Part shown: positions 33,320-45,285 of the stretch, in pieces
Position numbering within the stretch: position 1 is the first letter of the stretch
Layout: the number at the start of each line of letters is the position of its first letter
DNA from: Chiloscyllium plagiosum
Lineage: Eukaryota
Assembly (NCBI RefSeq): GCF_004010195.1
Contig: NC_057752.1
Coordinates: forward strand, 1,317,036-1,363,762
Reading direction: 5' to 3'
Length of the DNA stretch: 46,727 nucleotides
Notes under the pieces: generated by a model
Databases searched by the model: none
Seen by the model: the letters and a program-made list of their open reading frames with translations, nothing else
What the model was told of the DNA's origin: nothing
Translations under genes and position numbers: made by a program

Positions 33320-33552
33320 TTTTGATTTGATTTGATTTATTAATGTCACGAGTAGTTCAGCACAGTGAGAGGTGTTGTCTTATGTGCCTTACAAGCAGAT
33401 GGTACTATACAAGTGTATCAGGATAACAGAACAGAGTGCAGGATACAGTGTTACAGCCAAAGAGAAGGTGCAGAGAGAGATCAACATCAGCATTTGAGCG
33501 ATCCATTCTGATAACAGGGGGGGAAGAAGCTGTTCTTGAACCTGTTTGTACA
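33320..33552 (-). mobile_element. Probable Rex1/Babar-type LINE 3' end
   Basis: Minus strand reads TNRFKNSFFP, then a UTR, AATAAA and an (AAATC)n tail. Confidence 0.6.
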
Positions 33553-34159
33553 TGTGCACAAGAGAACGTACCAAGACAACACCAGATGCCTGAACAATCG
33601 TGAAAACGTGGGACGGTCGTCTGATTGTAGTTTGCCGAAAGAAAATCAAAGTAATTTAAAATGAGGTGAAAACATGCATCCTGTATTACAAGCTTTTGTT
33701 CTAGGATTTTGAATCAGAGGAAGCTCACTATTGTGTTTTCCATCCAGCTCTCCCATTCAGATTCTGCTCCTGTGAGGGGCCTCATTATTTCCAGCCTTTA
33801 GCCACTCGGCGCTTACTCTTGAGACTGTAAGGAGCTCATGACTTACTAATCTCCTTCTACGCAAGATTCTCAGCTGACTTACAATGTTCCAGAACTCTGC
33901 CTATAGGCTACAGGGCCCCTGGTAAGCTTTCAGGAAGCTCAAAGACTTTCTTTTTATGCATCTCATGTGACCCTTGAACATAGTGCATTGTGTGATCAAG
34001 TTTGGTCACATGCTGAGGAACTGGACCTGATTTCCAGAATTATTTAAGTCAAGGTTAAAGAGCTCGTAAATGGGCAGGACATGGTTGACTGCCAGTTTTG
34101 CCAACGATACTGGGTGGCACCAGCTGACACCTCAGTGAAACACGGATAAGGTGGACCGG

Positions 34160-34415
34160 GATGGGGAGAATTTTTCTCTGCAAGGGCCATTAATCTGTGG
34201 AACTCTCTTTCCCAGACAGCAATGGGAGCTGAACTGTCATGTATATTCACGACTGCGTTAGATAGAGTTTGGATCGACAAGGGAGTCAATGCTACAGGCA
34301 ACAAACAGCAAAACGGGGTTGAGGCCACAGTTAGATCAGCCAGGATCAAAATGAATGACGGTGCAGGCTCAAGGGGCTGAATGGCCTCCTCCTTTTCCTA
34401 ATTCATATGTTCTTA
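34160..34415 (+). mobile_element. CR1 3' end
   Basis: aatctgtggaactctcttt...gggctgaatggcctcctcc tail. Confidence 0.75.
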
Positions 34416-35003
34416 TGGAGACCATTCAGCCCCATGTGATCATCCAGCTATACTATAATGACTCACATCCTCCCATTGAATATGGGACTCGCTGCCACAA
34501 GGAGTAGGTAAGCATTGGAACCCCTGCCCTGTTTCTCCCCCGCACCTCGAACGGGTGACTTTAAATAAAGCCCTCAGCCAGTTTAGGGCGAAAAGAAAAT
34601 CCTTCCTCTCCCAAAGCCAGGAAATTGCAATGAACTGCGCAGTCCATGGAGCAGCAAAGCAGCCAGCTCAGCCAACTCCAGGAGAAGCTCAGTTTTAAAT
34701 CTGCATCAAAAACATACCCACCTGGATTAGCCACAACCGAATGCACAGTTCTTTGAGTTTCAGAAAACTCCTCCCATCATTGAACCTGGTTCTGTGCTTA
34801 TGTGATTTCTCTTCAACTTATCTATTTCAAGTTAAAATTTATGCAATTTCAATCATTTGTCCACACGCCCCTTTATGATTTTAAACATATAGAAGTTGGG
34901 AAGTTAGGCTGCAGCTGTACAGGACGTTGGTGAAGCCGCACCTGGAGTATTGTGTTCGGTTTGGTCACCTCGCTATAGGAAGGATGTTATCGAACGGATG
35001 CAG

Positions 35004-35206
35004 AGGTGCCGGTGTTGGACTGGGGTGGACAATGTTAAAAATCACAGGACACCAGGTTATAGTCCAACAGGTTTATTTGGAAGCACACTGGCTTTCAGAG
35101 CACTGCCCCTTCATCAGGAAGGGCTTTTGCCCAATATGTCAATTTTCCTGCTCCTCGGATGCTGCCTGACCTGCTGTGCTTTTCCAGCACCACTCTAATC
35201 TTGACT
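35004..35206. mobile_element. Chimeric family B(-)/family A(+) PLE-type module inside a CR1 fragment
   Basis: 35004-35117 is the reverse complement of family B and 35118-35206 is family A. The junction lies at the hammerhead cores. Confidence 0.7.
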
Positions 35207-36529
35207 TAGAAGGAGATGGGCCAAGTGCAGGGAAGTTGGGTTAGCACAGATGAACATTTTGGTTGGCATGGACTAGTTTGGGTCGAAGGGCCTGTAGCAC
35301 TCTATGATATAACCAAGTTTGTTCAAAGTCCTAAGGGTAAATAGGCCCAGCCCCTCACTTACATTAGCTAGGTGTTCTTAGGCTAGCCATAACTAGGGCC
35401 TCTATAGCTTCTACTGCTTGAGGGGCCAAAACTGGACACAATATTTAAATGGAGCCCCGTGAAGGCATTGTTCAGGGTCACTGTGTTTTGTATTTTACTT
35501 ACAGCCGAATGCACTGGTTGCTTTCTCAATAGGACTTCATCACTGACCACGAACCTTCAGAGATCAGTACAATATTACATTCAAGTCCAGCATGGCATAT
35601 ATATGTTTGGCACTAGTCCAACCAATGTGTACCAAGCTACTTTCATCAATATTAAATATAATTTCTCCCGTGTGTCTGGCTGAGGTAGTAACCTTTTCTT
35701 TTCAGTAAGGTTTTGGAGAGCAGTGCGGACCGTGATGTGTGCACCATCAACATCCAAGCTCCCCACACAAATCCTGATCAGGAACTATCTGAAGAGGATG
35801 TAACCACAAGTCGAACACAGGACTTGCCCATCACTCCCACCGCATTTGTTGTTTTCAAATGCTGACTGGGTTACCAGCAACTTGGCAATCTCTTTAAAAA
35901 ATTCCATCAGATTAATAAGTCCTGACTTCCTTGTCCAGAGGTTACTCCTGACTGTCTTTAGTCTGTCACTGTGGTTACAAGGAGCACCCTAAAAATCCCA
36001 TCTCATAAATTTCTCCCAACTGACATCAAGCTAATGGTTGTAGCATTTTCTGACTGACTGATTTTTATGAACATTGTGTGACACTAATTTCCGGCCAGCG
36101 ATGGCCCCTAGATGTCAGCAAACAGCGGAATAGCATTCACAAATCTTTCAGTAACTGTGGGGGAAGATGCTGCCTCAGCCAGCGGCTCCATGTGCTTTCA
36201 GACCTCTTAATCTTTTCAAGGATGTTCTCCCCTGACATTAACAAGCACAGTGTGAACAGCTCCCTGCATTCCTGGTGCCTAACCACAGTCTACAGGAGGA
36301 AACGTTGCTCCAAGCCTTCACCACATTCTGAAAGTCCATCTCATGCTGCCCTATGCAGTCCCTTAGCAGCTGGGCAGTTGGTTAGCTCAGTTGGCTGGAT
36401 GGCTAGTCTATAACACAGAGTAACACCAACAGCATGGGTTCATAGCTAGCTGAGGTCACCATGAAGGACTCTCCTTCTCAAATTCTCCCCCCTTGATTGA
36501 GGTGACCCGCTGGTTAAACCACCACCACT

Positions 36530-37255
36530 TATGGGAAACAGACCCTTCGGCCCATGCTGACCAGATACCCTAACCTAATCTAGCTTCATTTGCCAGCACC
36601 CGGCCCATATCCCTCTAAACCCTTCCTATTCATATACCCATCCAGATGCCTTTCAAATGTTGCAATTGTACCAGCCTCCACCACTTCCTCTGGCAGCTCA
36701 TTCCATACACGTACCACCCTCTGTGTGAAAAAGTTGCCCCTTAGATCCTTTTTAAATCTTTCCCCTCTCACCCTAAACCTATGCCCACTAGTTCTGGACT
36801 CCCCTATCCTGGGGAAAACACCTTGGCTATTCACTCTATCCATGTCCCTCAAGACTTTGTAAACCTCTATAAGGTCAGTCCTCAGCCTTCGACGCTCCAG
36901 GGAAAACAGCCCCAGCCTGTTCAGCCTCTCCCTGTAGCTCAAATCGTCCAACCCTGGCAACATCCTTGTAAATCTTTTCTGAACCCTTTCAAGTTTCACA
37001 ACATCTTTCCGATAGGCTGGAGACCGGAATTGCACGCAATATTCCAACAGTGGCCTAACCAATGTCCTGTACAGCAACAACATGACCTCCTAACTCCTGT
37101 ACTCAATACTCTGACCAATAAAGGAAAGCATACCAAATGCCTTCTTCACTATCCTATCTACCTGTGACTCCACTTTCAAGAAGCTATGAACCTGCACTCC
37201 AAGGTCTCTTTGTTCAACAACACTCCCCAGGAACTTACCATTAAGTGTATAAGTC
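36530..37255 (-). mobile_element. CR1 3' fragment
   Basis: 165-aa [19 protein letters not shown]...GYGPGAGK. Confidence 0.9.
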
Positions 37256-37491
37256 CTCTCTCTCTCTCTCTCTCTCTCGGCAGCATTACATACGGAGCCC
37301 TTTAGTATCTAAAGTGGATTTCACTATTTCTCTAACAGTTGCTTTCTAACGGACCTTATGGCAGCTTTAAGATGGCCACAATTCCAATTCTCAAGAGTTG
37401 CTTTTCTTTAATCTGTCCACGTGTTTCTGCTCAAGTTTGAATAGTTCTCATATGTGACCAGCTTGGCTTGCTTTTACTCTGGGTCCTTCCT

Positions 37492-39563
37492 TAGAACATA
37501 GAACATAGAAAAGTACAGCACAGAACAGGCCCTTAGGCCCATGAAGTTGTGCCAAGGTTTAATCCTAATGTAAAATATAATAATTTAACCTACGCACCCC
37601 TCAGCTCACTGCTATCCATGTGCATGTCCAGCAGTCGCTAAAATGTCCCCAATCACTCTGCTTCCACCACCAGAGCTGGCAATGCATTCCATGCAGTCAC
37701 AACTCTCTGCATAAAGAACCTACCTCTGACTTCTCCCTTTTACCTTCCTCCTAATATCTTCAAACTATGACTTCTCGTACCAGTCAATCCTGCCCTGGGG
37801 AAAAGTCTCTGGTTATTGACTCTATCTATTCCTTTCCTTATTTTGTATACTTCGATCAGGTCTCCTCTCTTCCTCCTCGTTCTCTTCAGAGAGAAAAGTC
37901 CAAGCTTATTCAACCTTTCTTCATAAGGCGCCTCCAGTCCAGGCAGCATCCTGGTAAACCTTCTTTGCACCCTCTCCAAAGCCTCTGTATCTTTCCGATA
38001 GTAGGGTGACCAGAATTGGACACAACATTCCAAGTGTGGTCTCACCAGGGACTTGTAGAGCTGCAGCAAAACCTTGCGGCTCCTAAACTCGATCCCCCTG
38101 TTAATGAAAGCCAAAACACATATGCTTTCTTAAGAACTCTATCCACTTTGGTAGCAACTTTGAGGGATCTATGTACTTGCATACCTAGATCCCTCTGTTC
38201 CTCCACACTGCCAAGAATCCTGTCTTTAATCCTATATTCAGCATTCGAGTTCGACCTTCCAAAATGCATCACTTAGCATTTATCTAGGTTGAACTCCATC
38301 TGCCATTTCTCAGCCCAGCTCTGCATCCTGTCTATGTCGCGCTGCAGCCTGCAGTACCCCTCTATATTATCGACGACCTTTGTGTCATCTGCAAATTTAC
38401 TAACCCACCCCTCAACTTCCTCATCCAAGTCACTTATTAAAACTACAAAGAGCAGAGGCCCAAGAACAGAGCCCTGCGGGACCCCACTCAACACTGTCTT
38501 CAAGGCAGAATATTTTCCATCTACAACCACTCTCTGCCTTCTGTCAGCCAGCCAGCCAATTCTGAATCTAGACAGCCAAATCTCCCTGTATCCCATACTT
38601 CCTGACTTTATGAATGAGCCTACCATGGGGAACTTTATCAAATGCCTTGCTGAAGTCTATATACACCACATCCACTGCTCAACCGTCATCGACCTGTCTC
38701 GTCCCCTCCTCAAAGAACTCAGTAAAATTTGTGAGGCATGACCTGCCCCTCACAAAGCCATGCTGACGGTCATTAATCACGCTATGCTTTTCCAAATAGT
38801 CATAAATCCTATCCCTCAGAATTCTTTCCAAAACTTTGCTGACCACAGACATAAGACTGACTGGTCTGTAATTGCCAGGGATTTCCCTATTCCCCTTCTT
38901 GAAAAAAGGAACAACATTCAACTCCTTCCAATCCTCCAGTCCGACTCCTGTGGAGAGTGAGGAGGCAAATATCCTCGCCAGCAGCTTAGCAACCTCCTTT
39001 CTCACTTCCCGGAGCAGCCTAGGATAAATCTGGTCTGGCCCTGGGGACTTATCAATCTTCATGTTTTCCAAAATTTCTAGCACATCATCTTCATCAATCT
39101 TGATCTGGTCAAGCCTGTTTCCCAACTCCTCTAAGTTCTCATTTACAACAAGGCCCCTTTCCTTGGTGAAAACTGAAGCAAAAAACTCCTTTAGGGCTTC
39201 CCCTCTCTGCTCAGACTCCACACACAAGTTCCCTCCACTACCCCTGATCGGTCCCACCTTCTCCCTGATCATTCTCTTATTCCTCAGGTATGAGTAAAAC
39301 GCCTTTGGGTTCTCCCTAATCCTATTTGCCAAGCCTTTTTCGTGCCCCCTCCTTAATCTCCTCAGTCCATTTTTGAGCTCCTTCCTAGCAGGCCTGTAAT
39401 CCTCTAAAGCTGTGCTAGATCCTTGCTTCCTCCACCTTACGTAAGCTGCCTTCTTCCTTTTGACGAGAAGTTCCTCTGTTCTCATCATCCAAGGTTCCTT
39501 AATCTTACCCCTTCTTACCTGTCTCAGAGAAACAAATTTGTGCATCACTCACAACAACTGCTT
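37492..39563 (-). mobile_element. CR1-clade LINE, 5'-truncated ~2.1 kb ORF2 (reverse transcriptase) plus 3' UTR
   Basis: [71 protein letters not shown]; frameshifted; (TTCTATG)n tail at 37492-37510. Confidence 0.93.
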
Positions 39564-40139
39564 CTTTGACCTTAGAGGCTCAAGGTCTCGACAACTGAAA
39601 TCATCGGCTTGGACCTGATCAGCCCTGAGTTACCTGAAACATAGGCAGTGCCCCAGTGAAAATGAACAGGACCTTGACAAATTAGCGAGAAGCTTTAAAG
39701 TTACTCCATCGCCATGTAAACTGTGGAGAGCATCAGGAACTGCACAAACCCAACTTGTTTTGTAACAGGCGCAGAGAATGCTGGAAAAACTCTGGCAGTC
39801 TCTGTGGAGAGAGTCTGGTCCAACTCTCCTTCAGAACTGCAGCTTGTTTAACTTGCTTAATAATGCACTTCAGAGAGCAGCTTAGAAGTAATTCCTTTCT
39901 TGAAACAATGTGCTACTTCCATGGGATTTAGTGGCTGAAATCTAAATCCACACTCGAGAGGTTGCATTAGGATTAACTTAACAGAGACTCTCAGACAAAT
40001 CCTTTTGTGCTCAGAATTCAGAAATACAAGGAGCTTAGAATCGACTGGGATCAGAAGGTTTAAGACGAAACAGGACTTGTCCTTCAGTTGTGTTGGCAGA
40101 ATGGTAGAGATACACATATCCAGACTGGCTAAATGCCTC

Positions 40140-40610
40140 AGGTCATACAGCACGCAAACAGACCCTTCGGCCCAGCCAGTCCATGCTGAATATAATCCCC
40201 AAACTAACCTAGTCCCACCTGCCTGCTCCTTTCCTACTCATATATTTATCCAAATGTCTTTTAAATATTGTAACTGTACCCACATCCACCACTTCCTCAT
40301 AAAGTTCATTCCCCACATGAACCATCCCCAGTGTAAAAATGTGCCCCTCAGGTCCCTTTTAAATCGTTCTCCTCCCACCTCTAGTTTTGAACTCCCGTCC
40401 CCTAGGGAGAAGACCTTTGTTATTCACCTTAAGTGATGACCCTCATGATTTTATTAACCTCGATAAGGTCACCGCTCAGCCTGCTACGCTCCAGTGTGAA
40501 GAGTCCCAGCCTCTCCTTATAACTCAAACTTTCCAGTCCTGGTAACATTCTGGCAAAGGCTTTTCTATGTCCTCTCCAATCTAATAGTATCGCAGGGTGA
40601 CCAGAACTAA
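40140..40610 (-). mobile_element. CR1 3' fragment
   Basis: MLPGLESLSYKERLGLFTLERSRLSGDLIEV. Confidence 0.8.
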
Positions 40611-41010
40611 GAAAAGAGGGCATTAGTGGGCAAAAAAAAAGAGCTGGACTGGGTAGAGGGCAACACAGATGGCAGTGACGTGTGCATTAGGGCTTTCTTA
40701 TAGTGATTGTGGGGTTATGTGAATTGAATGAGAACCAATCGGAATACTGCCCTGGTGTTGTCTCCAGGGCGTCACTGTGCACTGTCATTCAGCAGGCAGT
40801 CATGTGGGTGCTCATTGTCATCGATGGTCTGCGGAAGGGTGTGAAGAAGATGGCGTGATTTGATACCATCACCCTGAGATCTCTCTCCCTTAGTTGGTTT
40901 GTACAGTTTTGGATTACTTGTTGCTTTAGTTAGACCCTTGGGCATGTGACTCCTATACTTAGCATCTTATCCCAGTCATTTGGTTTGTCTGTAGCACCAC
41001 CTTACTTTGA

Positions 41011-41205
41011 TTTGGAGATGTCAGTGTTGGACTGGGGTGGACAAAGTTAAAAATCACACAACACCAGGTTATAGTCCAACAGGTTTAATTGGAAGCACAC
41101 TAGCTTTCGGATAACTACCTGATGAAAGAGCAGTGCTCTGAAAGCTAGTGCTTCCAATTAAACCTGTTAGACGATAACCTGGTGTTGTGTGATTTTTAAC
41201 TATGT
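41011..41205. mobile_element. PLE-type family B inverted-repeat element
   Basis: Arms about 41036-41108 and 41140-41210 are inverted. Flanking direct repeat CCACCTTACTTTGA at 40997-41010 and 41206-41219. Confidence 0.75.
41119..41147 (+). ncRNA. Minimal type-I hammerhead ribozyme motif (family B), intact core
   Basis: CTGATGA (41119-41125), A, perfect stem II AGAGC/GCTCT with AGT loop, GAAA (41140-41143), then GCTA, giving palindromic AGCT and a CUA cleavage triplet. Stem I is short (tac/gtg). Confidence 0.7.
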
Positions 41206-41259
41206 CCACCTTACTTTGAATTCAGTGTAAGTATCTCTCTGCCTCATTTAATCAGATTA

Positions 41260-41535
41260 TCGCTTGTTGACACTTTCTTCACACTGTCTAACACACTTGG
41301 TCACCTGCAGAGACTTATTGTCTGACATTCCACTCACACCAGTTGTGTGATCGCTTGACCTCTCTGTCCTTGATCTCTCCGCCTGTAACTCTGTGTCTGT
41401 GTGCTCTTCTCCCTCACTACACTCGATGAAGGAGCAGCGTTCCGAAAGCTTGTGATTTCAAATAAACCTGTTGGACTATAACCTGGGGTTGGGTGACTTC
41501 TGACCTCGTCCACCCCAGTGGCACTTCCACATCAA
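41260..41535 (+). mobile_element. Diverged family B PLE-type terminal module
   Basis: tcgatgaaggagcagcgttccgaaagctt...aataaacctgttggactataacctgg...gtccacccc, homologous to the family B arms. Confidence 0.6.
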
Positions 41536-42250
41536 TATACAGAGAGCCAGATTTTTATTCAGGAAGGGAATCGAGGGTTAGGGGGGAGAGAGCAGGAAAG
41601 TGGAGTTGAGGGTGATCAGATCACTGTGTGATCTCACTGAATGGCAGACCAGCATCGATGGACCGAGTGGCCTGCTTCTTCTACTCGATCTTATACAGTC
41701 AGTAGAGAAATTGCAACTGGGCACTCCTGGCATTAGGCTTTGTGAAAGGTGCCAGGCAGCCTAGCTTAGACAGTGAGTGCACAATGGTTGGATTTCTTGC
41801 ATTTGAACTTCAGCCTCTGATCAGAATCCCCCAACTTTCAAACTCGGAAGCTCCGAGCACTGATCCCACTGGCCTGACTTTCACTTGTGTTCTCAGCATT
41901 TACCCTGATCTCACTTTCAGGCCACTCTCACAGCCCAGTATTATTACACAGGCACTCGCATTCACTGAGGATTAGATTCACCTTGTTAATCTTGCTTAAA
42001 GCCGAGCACATGCTATAAACTCGGAAGTGCTTGCAAACCAGGCCCCAGTTAATACAGAGCACGAGAAAGCAGCCACAAGCAGTAATGAAGAAGATAAATA
42101 CAGTGCATCAATAGATTACAATCTAAAGTGATAATCACTAAAGAATGGGAATATTCTCATTGTAGGGGTGTGCTGATTCATTTCTGTTATAATTAACTAG
42201 CCTGGCTCATTTTCAACTTTTGGGCATGACCTTGTGGGCATGACCCTTGT

Positions 42251-42562
42251 GGGTGGCATGGTAGCACAGTGGTTAGCATTGCTGCCTCACAGCACCAGAG
42301 ACCTGGGTTCAATTCCCGCCTCAATCAACTGTCTGTGTGGAGTTTACACAGTCTCCCTGTGTCTGCGTGGGTTTCCTCCGGGTGCTCCGGTTTCCTCCCA
42401 CAGTCCAAAAAAAAATGTGCAGGTCAGGTGAATTGGCCATGCTAACTTGCCTGTAGTGTTCGGTGTCGGGGAATGGTTCTGGGTGGGTTGCTATTTGGAG
42501 GGTCGGTATGGACTTGTTGGGCCGAAGGGCCTGTTTTCACACTGTAAATAATCTAATCTAAA
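42251..42562 (+). mobile_element. HE1-type SINE
   Basis: Head, V-domain and aatctaatcta tail. Confidence 0.88.
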
Positions 42563-42601
42563 CATCTTGCTATTTCAGCAGGAAATGAAACAGAAATATA
42601 C

Positions 42602-42748
42602 CTGAAGCTGTCAGTTTCACCAGTGATGAAAGAAATCCAGGCCTGTGTCAGGACAGACTGGTGACTGATATTGGCTTTGCCTCTGTTCATTTTTTTGGCC
42701 GGGTGGGGCGGGTTGGGGGGGTGGGGGGGGGTGGGGCGGGTTGGGGGA
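42602..42748 (-). promoter_or_regulatory. Candidate promoter and non-coding first exon of the RDH5-like gene
   Basis: Read on the minus strand: two GC boxes (GGGCGG on + near 42706 and 42734) in a G-run tract, CCAAT (42674-42670), then donor CAG|GTATAT at 42601. Motif-only evidence. Confidence 0.3.
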
Positions 42749-43877
42749 GCGATCTTTCTGACAAGCCAGCCAAAGAGAAACTGACAAAGTGCATGGAATA
42801 GACAGACTTTTTCCCATCGAGGCTTCCAACGGTGGCTTGGAGCCTGGGGAAGCGTGGATGGGGAAAAACAAAAATAAAAACCAGCTACTTCAGCTCAAGC
42901 ATCCAGCTCTCCATTTCCAATGGCCTTCAATATAGGAACCGATTCAAACATTCGACTGAAATGTGAAATGTCGCTTCCTCACTGTGCAGGGAACTCTGCC
43001 TCTGTCTAACGTCACTGCATTCTCAAAGTCGTTCAGCTGGTGAGCTTAGAGGGCACTCTGTACAAATTTATGTTTAAGCAAATCAACCCGCCATCCCGTC
43101 TAGGGCCTTTGTTTAGGATTATGTCCATCGGTTCGCGAGCCCCTGGGAGGAAGAATCCCGTATAAATATGGGTCTTATTATCACTTGATATAATCTTATT
43201 TTGAGTGCTGATTTTTTCTTTCTTTTTGTTGTTAGTTATGTACGATATTGTAGTCTTTTTTTAAAATACATAGCGTCTTTCTTCTTCTATTTTACTTTGT
43301 GTTTTGGTAGTTTATAGAGTAGATTAGTAGTTAGTTTTTTCTTAATTCATATTGATGTTGCCCTTGTATTGTAAAGTGGTTACACTATTCTGTAATTTTG
43401 TTAAAAAAAACCCCAAAACGTCTTTCTTTTCAATAAAAATATCTATATATAAAAAAATTAAATGTGAGCTGGGAGAATCTGGGTCATAGGTGAAATTAGC
43501 CAAGTATAAATTTACTCTGGAATTTCCAGTAAGATTTGCTCCAATTCCTATATTGCCAAGGCGCATTGGGGAAAGACCATTGTCTGAGGTCTTCCTGCTG
43601 AAGTTAATTAGGGGTCTGTTCAGTTATTGGACCCTCCTAGTGCCTCAAATGCATGTATGTGTAAGAGATGTCCTTGGTTTGTTCGGTTAGAGTCCAACTG
43701 CAATGTTTGTTCATTTTATTATACAAATCCAAACTGCATTCGTGACTATCTATATATACAAAGTTTTTTTGTGAATAAAGTATATTTTTGAAACTACAAA
43801 AAAACAACATTTCCTTCCTTCGAACAGTTGCCCCTATTGCTTTCACTGGAAATGAATTATATACTTGCCCAACATTG

Positions 43878-44080
43878 AGTCCAAAGATGTGCAGTTAGGT
43901 GGATTGGCTATGCTAAAAAAGAATTGCCCCATGGTGTCCATGTTCAGTGGGTTATCCATGGTAAAAACCCCACGCGGGATAGAGTGGGGGAGGGTCTGGG
44001 TCTGGGAGGGATGCTCTTCAGAGGGTCTTTGCAGACTCAATGGGCTGAATGGCCTCTTTCTGCACTGGAGGGATTCTATG
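43878..44080 (+). mobile_element. HE1-type SINE 3' part
   Basis: gtccaaagatgtgcag...gggctgaatggcctctttc. Confidence 0.7.
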
Positions 44081-44804
44081 ACCTGGACTCGGATGTCAAA
44101 CATGCAAGTGATGATGGACATTAAGGACCAGCTGGATGGTGTGATGTGGTGTAACTGCGAGCAAGCCCATGGAAGCAAGGCTGAGCTGACTTTCAAAAGT
44201 CAAAACAGGGATGCCTTGAAGAAATGGGGGAAGGCCGAACCCAACTATAAATGACATAGTGGGTGGCCAGAGGCTGGTGATGGTGAGAGGCCATGTGATG
44301 GTGTCTCCCAGCCAGTTCCATTGTTTCATGAAAAGGCATCATCAATGATGTAGCCTTGCAATGCCAAGAAGATTATGATGCATCCTTTGGAGCTGCCAAG
44401 AGGAGAAGGATCAGGAGGGGGCGCTGTGGGGGGGGAGGGCTACAAGGCCACTGCCTGTGGCCAAATGAGCTGTGATGGGTTTTTCGCAGAGAGAAGGACA
44501 ACATTTCACACAGATTTTCTTTCCCCAGGCCCAGTCAACATTTGACACCAGAGGAAAAAGCTTACAAATGGGGACACCAGAACTATTCTTTAGGAAATTG
44601 TCAGGAAAACGGGACAGTTTCTGGTAAAACGGGAGCGTACCAGCAAAATCAGAACATCGACTGAGCTGGAATGGAGGCACACTGGAACACGGTGGTTGTG
44701 TTGTACAGAGATGCACTAGTTGGATCGGTAGCAACTGTATCTCTGGGACAGAAGACCCGGGTTCAAGTTCCACTTGCCCTGGATTGGAGTCATCACATGT
44801 TTAA

Positions 44805-44925
44805 GATTAGATTAGATTAGATTACTTACAGGGTGGAACCAGGCCCTTCGGCCCAACAAGTCCACACCGACCCGCCAAAGCGCAACCCACCCTTACCCCT
44901 ACAGTTACCCCTTACCTAACACAAG
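44805..44925 (-). mobile_element. HE1-type SINE 3' part
   Basis: (agatt)n tail plus caggcccttcggcccaacaagtccacaccg. Confidence 0.8.
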
Positions 44926-45285
44926 AGAATGCTTGTGGTGTAGTGGCAGAGTGCCTTCCTCTGGACCCAGATGCCTGCGTTCAAGTCCCACCTGTTCCAG
45001 AGCTGTGTGCTAACTCTTGATCAGGCTGATCAGAAAATCTTTCAATAAAAAGTATACTTCACGGATTTAAAAAAAAATCAGGTTGCTCATGACTACAGAT
45101 CCAGGAACCAAGTGTGTTTATATCACAGAATCAGGCTATTTGGCCCATCTGGATCATGCTGGTGTTTCTGCTCTCGAAGGACCTTCTCCCACCAAACATT
45201 AGCTGTTTTTGATGTGCAGCCACAGATGTGTTGGCAAATATCACAACCGATTTGGATACTCAGGCCTACTGGAGATGAAATCTGG

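Noticed and set aside
38679..39548. 289-aa ORF as a host gene or intact retrotransposon
   Set aside because: It is a piece of frameshifted, 5'-truncated CR1 ORF2.
43060..43810. AT-rich tracts with AATAAA and A-runs as the 3' end of a plus-strand gene
   Set aside because: No upstream coding exons were seen. They are more likely retroelement 3' UTR remnants, but too uncertain to annotate.
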